Of a stretch of 58,820 nt of DNA, positions 11,500-22,001 are shown piece by piece. Source of the stretch: Candidatus Limnocylindrales bacterium (GTDB taxonomy: Bacteria > Moduliflexota > Moduliflexia > Moduliflexales > JAUQPW01); the NCBI GenBank assembly GCA_035559535.1, contig DATMBG010000043.1:124001-182820 (forward strand), given 5' to 3'. The notes below the pieces were generated by a model. The model made no database searches. It had not been told where the DNA came from and saw nothing but the letters and a program-made list of their open reading frames with translations. A program made the translations under genes and the position numbers. Each line of letters starts with the position of its first letter. The stretch's first letter is position 1.

Positions 11500-13281
11500 A
11501 TGGCCTTAGATCAAGAGCTGGTTGCTCAGATTGACAAATATAAAGCGATTTTACAGAAAGATCCCAACTCCAAGGAGTTTTTGAATCTGGCGGAGCTTTA
11601 TCGAAGGTTAGGGGTTGCCGAAGAGGCCCATAGGGTTCTTCGGGAGGGGCTTAAAAGGCATCCGAATTTCGTGGAAGCCAGGGTCGCTTTGGCCCGATTG
11701 TTATTGACCCAGGGAGATACGGCCAAGGCAGCCCAGGAGTTTGAGACGGTCGTTCGCCAGGATCCGGGAAATTTCCTGTCCTATAAGTTGCTGGGTGAAA
11801 TTGCCATGCAGAAAAACGACCTGGAGAAGGCGGCAGAACGATTTGGAGCTGCTTATAAAATCAAGCCCGATGATCAGGAATGCAAAGTCATGCTAGATTA
11901 TATAGGAAGCCTCCTGGGTCGAAATGTTTTCCCTCAGATAGCAACTTCCACAACCCCAACTAAGGAAAAAACTCCCCCACGAGAAAGCCCTAAACCTGCA
12001 GAAAAGACAACTCCCAGTAAACCACCTCCTCCACCTTCTAAACCCCAGAAGAAACCCATTGTGGAAGAGTTTGAGGAGTTGGATGAGCTGGGTATGGCCG
12101 AAGAAGCCCCGGTAATAGAAAAGTCCAAAGCTTCGGTGAAACCGGAAAAAGAAGCCCCTGAAATTACAGAAGAGTTGGAAGAGGCTGAAATCCTTGAAGA
12201 GGTGGAAGGGGTTGACGTGGAAGAGCTGGAAGAGTTTGAACCTGCTGAAGCAGAGGAGGGGTTCGACGAAATAACCGTTGGGGAGGAGCAAGAGGATTTT
12301 GAGTTTGAAGAATCTGAGCTTGAGACGGTGAGTTCCGATGAGGGTTTCGGTGAAGAGATGGAACCCCCTGAGGAAACTGAAGAAGGTGTAGCTGCTTCTG
12401 TTTCTGATCAAATAAAGGGATCGGGTAAGAAGGTTGCTGAAGAGGATATCGTCGCCGAGATCTTCCAGGACTTATCCGAAAGCGAGTATACGCAAAGGGA
12501 CGAAACAGATGAAGAAATTTCTGTCCCGGAAGGAGAGGATTTGGCCGAAACTCTGGGCTTGTTCAAAGAAGAATTGGATACCGAAGAAACTTCAGAAGTT
12601 GGTGAGATAGAAGAATTTGAAGAGGCAGAAGTATCGGAGCAGGCAGATTTCGAAGAGGAGATCGGAGTGATCGATGAGGTAGAAGAAGGGGAAGAGAGGG
12701 AAGAAATAGGTATCACCGAGGACCTGGAAGAAGTCGAACCTTTAGAAGAGGTAGAAGTTGAATCTTCTGGGGAATTGCAGGAAGAGGAAGAGACCTCTTC
12801 CATATTTAAGGACTTTGGGATCAGCCCGGAAGAGCAAGGGGAGTCCGTAACCTTGGAAGAGGGAGAGGGAGATGTATTTAAAGATTTTGATTTTGATGCC
12901 TTCGAAAAAGAGTTAATGGCGGAAAAAAGTGCTGCCAAACCCGCGTCGGCCAGGAAGTCTGAAATCGAAGAAGACACCCTAGAATCCTTTTCTGAAGAAG
13001 AGGAAATTGCCCGGGAAGAAGAGATTGAATCGACGGAGTTAGAAAAAGTGTTTGCAACCGATACAGAAGAAGAAAAGCCCGTCAGGAACTCCTTGAAGGG
13101 TTCCGGTACCGAAGAAATTCCGTCGGCTCCCCTGGCAGATCAGTATATAAAGCAAAATCTTTTAGAGAAAGCCATTCATATTTACAGGACTTTATTGAAA
13201 ACCTCTCCCGGCAATAAAACCATTCGACAACGTCTCGAAGAAACTCTGGCCCTTAAATCCTACTTGGAAGAAGAGAGTTAA
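11500..13281 (+). CDS. TPR protein with a long Glu-rich low-complexity region and a C-terminal TPR-like helix pair
   Basis: N-terminal TPRs (FLNLAELYR...HPNFVEARVALARL), about 350 aa of acidic sequence, C-terminal LADQYIKQ...AIHIYRTLL...P. Confidence 0.85.
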   Translation: MALDQELVAQIDKYKAILQKDPNSKEFLNLAELYRRLGVAEEAHRVLREGLKRHPNFVEARVALARLLLTQGDTAKAAQEFETVVRQDPGNFLSYKLLGEIAMQKNDLEKAAERFGAAYKIKPDDQECKVMLDYIGSLLGRNVFPQIATSTTPTKEKTPPRESPKPAEKTTPSKPPPPPSKPQKKPIVEEFEELDELGMAEEAPVIEKSKASVKPEKEAPEITEELEEAEILEEVEGVDVEELEEFEPAEAEEGFDEITVGEEQEDFEFEESELETVSSDEGFGEEMEPPEETEEGVAASVSDQIKGSGKKVAEEDIVAEIFQDLSESEYTQRDETDEEISVPEGEDLAETLGLFKEELDTEETSEVGEIEEFEEAEVSEQADFEEEIGVIDEVEEGEEREEIGITEDLEEVEPLEEVEVESSGELQEEEETSSIFKDFGISPEEQGESVTLEEGEGDVFKDFDFDAFEKELMAEKSAAKPASARKSEIEEDTLESFSEEEEIAREEEIESTELEKVFATDTEEEKPVRNSLKGSGTEEIPSAPLADQYIKQNLLEKAIHIYRTLLKTSPGNKTIRQRLEETLALKSYLEEES

Positions 13282-13283
13282 AA

Positions 13284-13727
13284 GTGCCTAATATCCTGGT
13301 TATTCATGGACCTAATCTCAATATGCTGGGGATCAGGGAGCCCGGCATCTATGGAAGCGAAACCCTTGAAGTGATTAATGATCAAATCCGTCGCCATGCG
13401 ACTTCTAAGGGTCTTTCCCTTCAAATTATCCAATCAAATCATGAAGGGGAAATTGTTGAGGCCATACAAAAAGCTTATCCTGCGGTAGATGTAATTATTC
13501 TTAATGCAGGGGCTTATACCCACACAAGCCTGGCCATTCGAGATGCAATTTCTGCGGTTAAAATTCCTGTTATAGAAGTTCACCTCTCGAATATCTACAG
13601 TCGTGAAGAATTTCGTCACAAATCCATGATATCACCGGTAGCCGTTGGGCAAATAAGCGGCTTCGGTTCCTATAGCTATATACTCGGTATTGAAGCGGCG
13701 GCTGAACTGATCAAGCGTAAAACATAA
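13284..13727 (+). CDS. aroQ: Type II 3-dehydroquinate dehydratase
   Basis: HGPNLNMLGIREPGIYG, QSNHEG, EVHLSNIYSREEFRH. Confidence 0.97.
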   Translation: MPNILVIHGPNLNMLGIREPGIYGSETLEVINDQIRRHATSKGLSLQIIQSNHEGEIVEAIQKAYPAVDVIILNAGAYTHTSLAIRDAISAVKIPVIEVHLSNIYSREEFRHKSMISPVAVGQISGFGSYSYILGIEAAAELIKRKT

Positions 13728-13787
13728 CTATACGGCTTGTTCACTACTTAGGTTGTTTACCACATCAATCGACACGATTAACCTACT

Positions 13788-14288
13788 ATGAATCTGGATA
13801 AGTTGCGTAAAATCTTAGAGATAGTAGATAAGATGAATCTAGCCGAGATTGAGCTGGAAATGGAGGATTTAAAACTTAAGCTTAAGAAACCTGCCGGTTT
13901 ATCGCCTTTACCGCCCTTGCCGACCCCCTCCATTTCTTCTACGCTATCCCCCGTAGGACAGCCTGCTTTCCCTGTAGCAGCTCCGGCAGGTTTGCAAACT
14001 CCGGTAGAACCTCCGGCGGAAAAAATTAAAATCGAGAGCAGGGATAAGCTTGTTACGGTTCGATCCCCGATTATTGGAACCTTTTATCGATCTCCTTCTC
14101 CCGACGCAGACCCCTATGTCAAGGTAGGAGATATGGTATCTAAAGGACAGGTTCTTTGCATCGTAGAAGCCATGAAGATCATGAACGAGATCGAAAGTGA
14201 ATACGATGGAAGGATCATATCCATCCTGGTTGAGAATGAACAACCTGTGGAGTATGATCAGGAGCTTTTTTTGATCGAACCAAAATAA
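13788..14288 (+). CDS. accB: Acetyl-CoA carboxylase biotin carboxyl carrier protein
   Basis: SPIIGTFYRSPSP and the biotinylation motif EAMKIMNEI. Confidence 0.97.
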   Translation: MNLDKLRKILEIVDKMNLAEIELEMEDLKLKLKKPAGLSPLPPLPTPSISSTLSPVGQPAFPVAAPAGLQTPVEPPAEKIKIESRDKLVTVRSPIIGTFYRSPSPDADPYVKVGDMVSKGQVLCIVEAMKIMNEIESEYDGRIISILVENEQPVEYDQELFLIEPK

Positions 14289-14310
14289 ATACTCAGCCCT
14301 CAGTACTTAT

Positions 14311-16005
14311 TTACAATTCCATGATAAGGAGCGAGATCATGGGACGTTTCTCAATGCGTTTTGAGAAAAATTTGGTCAACCGGCTACGAATCCTGGCCTC
14401 GATTTCAGGGACTTCGAGTTTTAGTTCCGGGTTCATTTCCTGAATTTCTTTGATAATAAGTTGTTTGGCTTCTTCAATGAGTTCGGTGGATTCCTTGACG
14501 AACATAAAACCGCGGGAAGCGATTTCCGGCCCTGTAATGATTTTACCATCTTCCTTACTTAAAACCAGACCTATGATAACAATTCCCTCATCGGCCAACC
14601 GCTGCCGATCCCGGAGCAGAATATCACTGGCGGCTCCTATACCTTTTCCATCGACAAATACCCGTCCTGTATGAACTTTTCCGGCAATGGTGGCCGTCTC
14701 TTTGGTTATCCGAATGACGTCCCCATTTTCTGCCAATAAGATACGATCGGGGGGAATTCCCACGCTTTCGGCCAGTTGGGCATGCCAGGCGAGGTGGCGA
14801 TATTCCCCGTGGACCGGGACGAAATATTTGGGACGAACCAGGTTGATCATGAGCTTTAACTCTTCCTGGGAGGCATGTCCTGAAACATGGGTATTTGAGG
14901 CTTCTCCGTATAAAACGTCCACCTGCTTTCTAAAAAGGTGATTGACGACCCTGGCAATAGACCTTTCATTACCCGGAATGATGCGGGCCGAAATAATTAC
15001 GGTATCTCCCGGTTGTAATTTAAATTGTTTGTACTCATCTACGGCCATTCGGGATAAGGCGGACATAGGCTCGCCCTGACTTCCCGTGGTAAGGATCACC
15101 ACCCCATTGGGGGGATAATGATCAATTTCATGAAATTTAATCAGTGTTCCTTTTGGAATATGCAGGTATCCGAGTTCCAGGGCGATATTCACATTTGTAA
15201 TCATGCTTTTACCACTAATAATGACCTTTTTATTGAGGCGATGGGCGATATCGATGATATGTTGAATGCGATGAATATGAGAGGCAAAGCAGGCGATGAT
15301 AATACGTTTTTTGGCGTTCTGGAAGATATTTCCCAGGGCATCTCCTACCACCTTTTCCGAAGGTGTATAGCCCTTACGTCCTGCGTTGGTGCTATCCGAT
15401 AATAAGAGAAGAACCCCCTCTGCGCCATATAAAGCAAACCGATGAAACTGGGTAGATTCTCCATACATAGGGGTTTGATCTAGTTTGAAATCCCCGGTAT
15501 GAATGATGGGCCCAATGGGGGTCTGGATGGCAAGTCCTACGCCCCCGACAATACTGTGGGTAATCCCAATAAGCTCCACCTGAAAGTGTTCTGTTTTAAA
15601 ACTTTCCCCGGCCTCCAAGGGGATTAATTGCGCTTTTTTGGAAAGCTTATACTCCCGGAGTTTAGAGTCAACCAATCCGATGGTTAAGGGGGTTCCGTAT
15701 ACGGGAACCTCTATACTTCTTAATAAGAAAGGAAGTGCACCGATATGATCCTCATGTCCATGGGTTAAAACAACGGCTTTGACTCGCTCTTTGTTCTCCA
15801 GAAGGTAAGTCATATCCGGAATGACCAGATCGATACCGTGCATATCTTCTTCAGGGAACATGAGCCCTGCATCGATCACGATGATCTCATTCCGATGTTG
15901 CAGGAGCATCATATTTAGTCCGATTTCTCCCAGACCTCCCAGCGGAATTATAGAGACGGTCGATTCATCTCCTTGTAGTAACTGAATACTATTAAGCTCT
16001 AACAT
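14311..16005 (-). CDS. rnj: Ribonuclease J
   Basis: PLGGLGEIG, THGHEDHIG, HTGDFK, SDSTN, GSQGEP, HVSGH. ATG at 16005 follows GGAG. Confidence 0.97.
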   Translation of the reverse strand: MLELNSIQLLQGDESTVSIIPLGGLGEIGLNMMLLQHRNEIIVIDAGLMFPEEDMHGIDLVIPDMTYLLENKERVKAVVLTHGHEDHIGALPFLLRSIEVPVYGTPLTIGLVDSKLREYKLSKKAQLIPLEAGESFKTEHFQVELIGITHSIVGGVGLAIQTPIGPIIHTGDFKLDQTPMYGESTQFHRFALYGAEGVLLLLSDSTNAGRKGYTPSEKVVGDALGNIFQNAKKRIIIACFASHIHRIQHIIDIAHRLNKKVIISGKSMITNVNIALELGYLHIPKGTLIKFHEIDHYPPNGVVILTTGSQGEPMSALSRMAVDEYKQFKLQPGDTVIISARIIPGNERSIARVVNHLFRKQVDVLYGEASNTHVSGHASQEELKLMINLVRPKYFVPVHGEYRHLAWHAQLAESVGIPPDRILLAENGDVIRITKETATIAGKVHTGRVFVDGKGIGAASDILLRDRQRLADEGIVIIGLVLSKEDGKIITGPEIASRGFMFVKESTELIEEAKQLIIKEIQEMNPELKLEVPEIEARIRSRLTKFFSKRIEKRPMISLLIMEL

Positions 16006-16825
16006 GTATAGGGTCTCCGTATTCAAATTCCTTTCTCTGTTCTACTAGATAGTTACTGAGAAGGACGAATTTTTCAACGGATAAAGCTTCTGCTCGGAGG
16101 TGAGGTGAAATATGGAGTTCCTCTAAAGCCTTATCCAGTAAAAGGGGTGAATAAATCAGATTAAGATGCGACTTGAGAGTATTCCGGAGGGTCTTTCTCC
16201 TTTGGGAAAACGCCTGCTTAATTAACTTAAGAAGATGGTTTAGATCTTTAACTTTAAATCTCGGCTCATCCAATACGGTAAATTTAAGGACTGCCGAATC
16301 CACTTCAGGAGGTGGATTAAAGGCTTCCGGGGGGACCGTAAAACAGAATTTAACTTCACTCCATAACTGACATACGATGGATAAATATCCATACGCTTTT
16401 CCTCCCGGTTGGGCTATTACTCGTTCGGCCACCTCTTTCTGAAACATAAGGGTCATGGTGGAAAAAAAGGTTCTATTCTCCAAAAGATGAAGAAGAATAG
16501 GAGTAGCCACATAGTAGGGAAGGTTGGCTATGACTTTTACCTTTTTTTGAAGTCCCAATTTTTCATAGTCCATCTTGAGGGCATCTGCCTGGATGATTCG
16601 AACGTGGGGTACATCGGCGAAGATAGTTTTTAAATGTTGGTAAAGTGATTCATCCAACTCGATGGCTATTAAGTGGGATACTATTTTCGATAAAGGTTTC
16701 GTTAAGGCCCCCAAACCGGGACCTATCTCAAGAACAGTATCTTCGGGATGAACTTCGGAGGTTTGGATAATTTTTTGGATCACCCAGGGGTTGACCAAAA
16801 AGTGTTGTCCCAATCGTTTTCTCAT
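15992..16825 (-). CDS. rsmA: 16S rRNA A1518/A1519 dimethyltransferase
   Basis: LGQHFL, EIGPGLG, ANLPYY, PPPEVDSAV, QRRKTLRN. Confidence 0.97.
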   Translation of the reverse strand: MRKRLGQHFLVNPWVIQKIIQTSEVHPEDTVLEIGPGLGALTKPLSKIVSHLIAIELDESLYQHLKTIFADVPHVRIIQADALKMDYEKLGLQKKVKVIANLPYYVATPILLHLLENRTFFSTMTLMFQKEVAERVIAQPGGKAYGYLSIVCQLWSEVKFCFTVPPEAFNPPPEVDSAVLKFTVLDEPRFKVKDLNHLLKLIKQAFSQRRKTLRNTLKSHLNLIYSPLLLDKALEELHISPHLRAEALSVEKFVLLSNYLVEQRKEFEYGDPIHVRA

Positions 16826-18855
16826 TATTTAAGCTCGCTGACTAACCAGGGACTTTTAAAAAGCTTATCCTGGCATTGAGCTTCATATTTTTTGAGAACC
16901 CAGGTTCTTTTTTCATTTGGATTGTTCTTTTCTTGAAGCTCAACAAAGGCATTTCTTTTTACAGAAGAAAATATACATTTCGGATTTGTAGATAAATCCT
17001 GGAGATGCGCCGGGTTTTTAAAATAGAGCGGGAGATCTTTAAAAATTTTTTCTACTTCTTCGAGTTGTTTCTTCATAGAAGGTAAATCGACATTTAACTG
17101 GGCCATCTCAGCTTTTAACCGTTCCACGGGAGAGCGGGTCGGATCCTCGAGATCTGTGGCCAATTCGTATTGTTGTTCTAGTTCGGCTATTTTTTTTCTG
17201 AGTTCCTCGATCTGAGGATTATATTGATTCTCCAGATTATTGATATATTTCTGCTGTTCAATCTGTGCCGCTTTAAGGTCATCCTCATTCCTGGAGATTT
17301 GATCTAGCAATTTTTTCTCTTTTTGAACATTGGTCGTATAAAGAGATTTACCAAAAGGATCGGTTCGATCTATATTTTCCCTTTGGATCTGGATAGCTTT
17401 GGCCAGATCTTCGCGTAAAGCCTTCCCTTTCTCCTGGAAGGCCGCGACCTTTGCAAGACTTTCTTTCTTCTTACTCTCAAATTCAAGGAGTAGATCCCGG
17501 AGGTCTGCCCTTGCTTTTTCTAAAGAATCTTTAAGGATCTTTGAAGGGACTTTATTGGACTCATACTGTTTAATCTGAGCAGCTTTTAAGTTAAGTTGTT
17601 CTTCTATAGATCGGATGGTTTGTTGAAGTTCTGCCTTTCTCTGGATAAGGCTTCCCAGATTTTGCTGATCATAGGGGTTATCTATTTGCAACAGCTTACC
17701 TTCCTCTATTTTTGGAAAGTTGGGCGTGGTAGCTATCAACTTAAGAATTTCGTGATCCTCATATTTGGCAGCCGCCAAACCCAGATGGACGATTTCTTCT
17801 GGACCGGGTTCCTCTTGGGCGATAAGCTGAGAATATTGTTTTAAAAGTTTTTCATGGTTGGACGGCAAAATAACTTTAGCCAGTACCCCTAAACCCAAAA
17901 GTCCGACCAAGACCATCAAACCTTGAACCAGGATATTTTTTCGTTTTGCCAATTTCTTCTGTAAATCGGAACCAGGGCCTTTTTCGGTCAGGGCATCCAA
18001 AGCTTTTTCTAGATCAGAGAAATCTTCCGTTATTGAGCCTGGTACTGAAGGGTTTCTGATGGTTTTACCCGGTTCCTGGATGAGAGTTTTACCTGGCTCT
18101 TTTGAAGGGGTCACAGCATGGGTTGAGACTTTAGTTTTATCCCGTAGGGGTTGAACCTGAATTTTTTTCAATTCTTTCTCAACCTCTGGATCCTGGGGAT
18201 CCAGCCTTCGACCACAAATATAACAGGTATCCCTTCCCAACTTAAGACTTTGGATACAACACAAAGTCAGGGGTTGCCTTCTGGCTGTTCCTGTATCGGG
18301 AGTATCCTTCATAAGGGGCGGTTCTTTAGCTACGGGGTCCAGGGAAGTCTTGCGGAGGTCGAGTTCTTCCCCGGAAGAAATTCGGGGGGTCTCATCTTCA
18401 GAACGATCCATGTAAGTTTTGGTTGTCATTTCCATGGTTTGAGTAGTTAGAGGTACATCTTTATCAGGTCCTTCCAGGGGTTGGGTAGAGGATATCTCCT
18501 CATCCTTTGACGGGGAAGATTTATTCTCTTCTAGAGTTAACGGTCCCAAATTAAGATCCACCAGGGTTTCTTGAGGTTGAGTCAGCTCAAAATTTAGTTG
18601 GTCTAAAGAAGGTATATTTTCAGTTTTAGGTTCTCGACGATCCTTAGATTCTACTTTTTCTACAGATTCAGATGTTGAATTCTCCGGGGGTATAAGAAGC
18701 GCGTCTAAATCCATATCCAATTCAAAATGATTTTTGGTTTCCTGATCTGGTTTAAATAAAGTTCCACACTGGCTACATCGGATTGCCTTTTTCTGGTCAG
18801 CTTCACTTGCTTTTATAACCTGTGAGGCGTTACAACTTGGGCAATTGATTGTCAT
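16825..18855 (-). CDS. Zinc-ribbon (MJ0042-like) single-pass membrane protein with a long coiled coil
   Basis: CPSC...CSQC at the N-terminus, a second Cys cluster CC..CYIC, a TM helix near aa 310-330, then heptad-rich sequence. Confidence 0.8.
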   Translation of the reverse strand: MTINCPSCNASQVIKASEADQKKAIRCSQCGTLFKPDQETKNHFELDMDLDALLIPPENSTSESVEKVESKDRREPKTENIPSLDQLNFELTQPQETLVDLNLGPLTLEENKSSPSKDEEISSTQPLEGPDKDVPLTTQTMEMTTKTYMDRSEDETPRISSGEELDLRKTSLDPVAKEPPLMKDTPDTGTARRQPLTLCCIQSLKLGRDTCYICGRRLDPQDPEVEKELKKIQVQPLRDKTKVSTHAVTPSKEPGKTLIQEPGKTIRNPSVPGSITEDFSDLEKALDALTEKGPGSDLQKKLAKRKNILVQGLMVLVGLLGLGVLAKVILPSNHEKLLKQYSQLIAQEEPGPEEIVHLGLAAAKYEDHEILKLIATTPNFPKIEEGKLLQIDNPYDQQNLGSLIQRKAELQQTIRSIEEQLNLKAAQIKQYESNKVPSKILKDSLEKARADLRDLLLEFESKKKESLAKVAAFQEKGKALREDLAKAIQIQRENIDRTDPFGKSLYTTNVQKEKKLLDQISRNEDDLKAAQIEQQKYINNLENQYNPQIEELRKKIAELEQQYELATDLEDPTRSPVERLKAEMAQLNVDLPSMKKQLEEVEKIFKDLPLYFKNPAHLQDLSTNPKCIFSSVKRNAFVELQEKNNPNEKRTWVLKKYEAQCQDKLFKSPWLVSELK

Positions 18856-19064
18856 AACTAAGGCTCCTCAATAAGAAGATGGTTTTATTATAAGGTTTTA
18901 AATATAGATAAATGTGATTGACAATTCCCGGTGAATTAATTATATAACATTTCCATATTGTAATACTTTACGCAGTGATACAAAATTCATACCGGCGACT
19001 CAGGAAATAAAGCGGCCATTTATATAGTTTGGTCTGGGTTAATATCTTAATAATACTAAGTGTA

Positions 19065-19365
19065 ACAGGGTTTATTCTATTTGCAATCATTTTTTTAAAT
19101 GCAGAAGATGACTTTATATTCCCAGGGGGAAGAGGATCGAAGTTTTAAACAGAAAAGAGGAAGATATCCAGACGGTGGCTACAGATTTCTGATACTGGAT
19201 ATGGAATTCCTGAGAAGAGCCTAAACTAAAGTTTTCAATCCATTTTTTAAACGTATGCTTAGATTAACCCTTAGTCGTAAGATCATGATTTCTCTGGATG
19301 GAACTATAGAGGTTCCAGGTGAGGAAGGTAAAGGTACTGTTTTACAGTATTTCTTCCGGTCGTAT
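19065..19365 (+). pseudogene. Degraded sensor histidine kinase HATPase domain
   Basis: Fragments read LNAED (N box), LQISDTGYGIPE (G1), VFNPFF (F box) and LSRKIMISLDGTIEVPGEEGKGTV/FTVFLP, interrupted by a stop and frameshifts. Confidence 0.8.
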
Positions 19366-19387
19366 GGAAGAAAGGAGGCCAAGCCAT

Positions 19388-20761
19388 ATGCAGTATCAGA
19401 AAATACTTGTTGTTGATGACGAAGAGAGTATTCGGTATATGCTAAAGATGGCTCTTGAGGAGGCAGGTTATGAAGTGGAATTAGCTTCAGACGGTATTAC
19501 CGCACTGGCAAAGTTAACAGAGAGTGTTTTTGATTGTGTCATCAGTGATGTGCGAATGCCTGAGATGAGCGGACTCGAACTTTTAAAGGCCATTCAAGAG
19601 GTTCGTCCCGATCTTACCGTCATTGTGATGTCTGCCTTTGGGAGTTTAGATACCGCCATTGAGGCCATGAAGCTGGGAGCTTACGACTATGTCTCTAAGC
19701 CTTTTAAACAGGATGAAATCCTTTTAACTTTAAAAAAAGCCGAGGAGCGGGAACGACTTCGGAAGGAAAATCTTTTGCTTCGCCGCGAGGTTGAGAAAAA
19801 ATATAGTTTTGACAATATCATCGGAAAAAGTACCAAGATGCAGGAAATCTTTCGGAGAATAGAAAAGATCGCAGAGTATAAGAGTACGGTTTTAATTACT
19901 GGCGAGAGTGGAACCGGAAAAGAACTGGTTGCCAAGGCCATCCATTATAGTAGTCCCAGACGGGATCTTCCTTTTATCGCAGTAAATTGCGGAGCGATTC
20001 CTGGAGAGTTGTTGGAAAGCGAGCTCTTCGGTCATGTAAAAGGTGCCTTTACAGGAGCTATAGCGGCTAAGAAAGGTCTTTTTACAGAGGCGGATAAAGG
20101 AACCATTTTTTTAGACGAAATTGGAGACCTTCCCCTCAATTTACAGGTCAAGCTTTTACGGGTCTTGCAAGAAGGAGAAATTCGCCGGGTGGGGGATACA
20201 AGAACGTTTCAAGTCGATGTGCGGGTTATTGCGGCTACGGCTAAAGATTTATTAGAAGAGGTGCAAAAAGGTAATTTTCGTGAAGACCTGTACTATCGGC
20301 TTAACGTAGTTCCTTTTTATCTTCCCCCATTACGGGAGCGCCGAGAAGATATACCTTTGCTGGTCTGGCATTTCCTCAGGAAATACAGTGCAGAAACCGG
20401 CAAAGAGATCAAAGAGATAACCCCAGATGCTATGAATGCCCTGGTAGCATACGAATGGAAGGGCAACGTTAGAGAGCTGGAGAATGTTATCGAACGGGCT
20501 GTTGTAATGTCTGAAGGGCAGATTATCACAACAGAGTATCTTCCGGAGGGATTGGTTAAAAGCGCCTCGGATATCATCCTAAAAATTCCGGAATCTCGGA
20601 TCTCGATCAAGACAACGGTTAAAGAGCTTGTGGAGATGGCCGAAAAGGAGCTCATTGCCCGGGCATTGGCGAAGACAGGCAATAACCGTACCCGTGCAGC
20701 AGAACTTCTGGAGATCAGTCACCGGGCGTTGATGTATAAGCTAAAGGAATATCACCTGTAG
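19388..20761 (+). CDS. NtrC/AtoC/PilR-family sigma54-dependent response regulator
   Basis: Receiver domain (VVDDE, SDVRMP), GESGTGKE, GAFTGA, DEIGD, Fis-type HTH. ATG at 19388 follows AAGGAGG. Confidence 0.95.
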   Translation: MQYQKILVVDDEESIRYMLKMALEEAGYEVELASDGITALAKLTESVFDCVISDVRMPEMSGLELLKAIQEVRPDLTVIVMSAFGSLDTAIEAMKLGAYDYVSKPFKQDEILLTLKKAEERERLRKENLLLRREVEKKYSFDNIIGKSTKMQEIFRRIEKIAEYKSTVLITGESGTGKELVAKAIHYSSPRRDLPFIAVNCGAIPGELLESELFGHVKGAFTGAIAAKKGLFTEADKGTIFLDEIGDLPLNLQVKLLRVLQEGEIRRVGDTRTFQVDVRVIAATAKDLLEEVQKGNFREDLYYRLNVVPFYLPPLRERREDIPLLVWHFLRKYSAETGKEIKEITPDAMNALVAYEWKGNVRELENVIERAVVMSEGQIITTEYLPEGLVKSASDIILKIPESRISIKTTVKELVEMAEKELIARALAKTGNNRTRAAELLEISHRALMYKLKEYHL

Positions 20762-20914
20762 AAGTCAAAACTGGCATTGTTCTTAACCTTTAGACTTCTA
20801 CAAAGGACTTGACAATTTTAGGTTACGATTAAAATTACTCTTATCAAGAGGGTTATACTTCTCCCTGTAATTTAATCGTAATTTGATATTGTCAATATAA
20901 ACAGGAGGAGAACA

Positions 20915-21964
20915 ATGATAGATCTACAAGAATTATTAGGAACTGAAGCCAAGGATCTTTTAGAGTATAAATGTAAAGGTATTCCTAAAGAGCTCCTTCA
21001 TATCCCAGGACCCGATTTTGTAGATAGGGTTGTAGCTCTCAGTGATAGGCCTGCTCCCGTTCTGAGAAATCTTCAAACTGTGTTTGATCATGGAAGGCTC
21101 GCCCATACGGGTTATCTTTCTATTCTTCCCGTTGATCAGGGTATTGAACACTCGGGTGGAAGTGCCTTTGCCCCTAATCCTATTTATTTTGATCCCGAAA
21201 ATATTATGAAGCTGGCTATCGAAGGTGGATGTAATGCCGTAGCTTCTACCTTGGGGGTGATGGGGGCAGTGGCCAGGAAATATGCCCATAAAATTCCCTT
21301 TATCCTCAAGATAAATCACAATGAATTATTGACCTATCCCAATAAGTACGATCAGATTCTTTTTGCCAGTGTAGAGCAAGCCTTCGATATGGGGGCCGTA
21401 GCCGTTGGGGCCACGGTTTATTTCGGTTCTGAAGAATCGAGCCGACAAATTCAGGAAGTTAGAGAAGCTTTTGAATATGCCCATAGTCTGGGTATGTTTA
21501 CAGTATTATGGGCTTATTTGCGAAATAGTGCTTTTAAAACCAAAGAAGCCGATTATCATGTTTCAGCGGATTTAACCGGTCAGGCCAATCATCTATCGGT
21601 TACCCTGGAGGCAGATATTGTAAAACAAAAGCAGGCCGAAAATAATGGAGGATTTAAGGCCCTTAACTTTGGAAAAACCCATGAAAAAGTCTATACCGAG
21701 CTCACCACCAATCATCCCATTGATTTAACACGGTATCAGGTGGCCAATTGCTATATGGGTAGAGCCGGATTGATCAACTCCGGGGGCGAATCAGGTAAAA
21801 ACGATCTGGCTCAGGCGGTGAGAACTGCGATTATCAACAAAAGAGCCGGTGGAATGGGGCTCATTTCCGGACGAAAGGCTTTCCAGAAGCCTATGGAAGA
21901 GGGGGTTAAGCTCCTCAACGCTATTCAGGATGTTTATTTGAATAAGGATATTACCATAGCTTAG
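20915..21964 (+). CDS. fbaB: Class I fructose-bisphosphate aldolase
   Basis: [46 protein letters not shown]. Confidence 0.95.
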   Translation: MIDLQELLGTEAKDLLEYKCKGIPKELLHIPGPDFVDRVVALSDRPAPVLRNLQTVFDHGRLAHTGYLSILPVDQGIEHSGGSAFAPNPIYFDPENIMKLAIEGGCNAVASTLGVMGAVARKYAHKIPFILKINHNELLTYPNKYDQILFASVEQAFDMGAVAVGATVYFGSEESSRQIQEVREAFEYAHSLGMFTVLWAYLRNSAFKTKEADYHVSADLTGQANHLSVTLEADIVKQKQAENNGGFKALNFGKTHEKVYTELTTNHPIDLTRYQVANCYMGRAGLINSGGESGKNDLAQAVRTAIINKRAGGMGLISGRKAFQKPMEEGVKLLNAIQDVYLNKDITIA

Positions 21965-22001
21965 TACTCTATCTTAGAGTGGCCACTCCCGGTGAAGTAA
22001 T

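Noticed and set aside
12408-12977. 189-aa Ser-rich minus-strand ORF
   Set aside because: It is the antisense read of GAA-rich codons in the acidic TPR gene.
19319-19387. N-terminal extension of the NtrC-type regulator in the ORF track
   Set aside because: It overlaps the kinase remnant, and a strong RBS supports ATG 19388.
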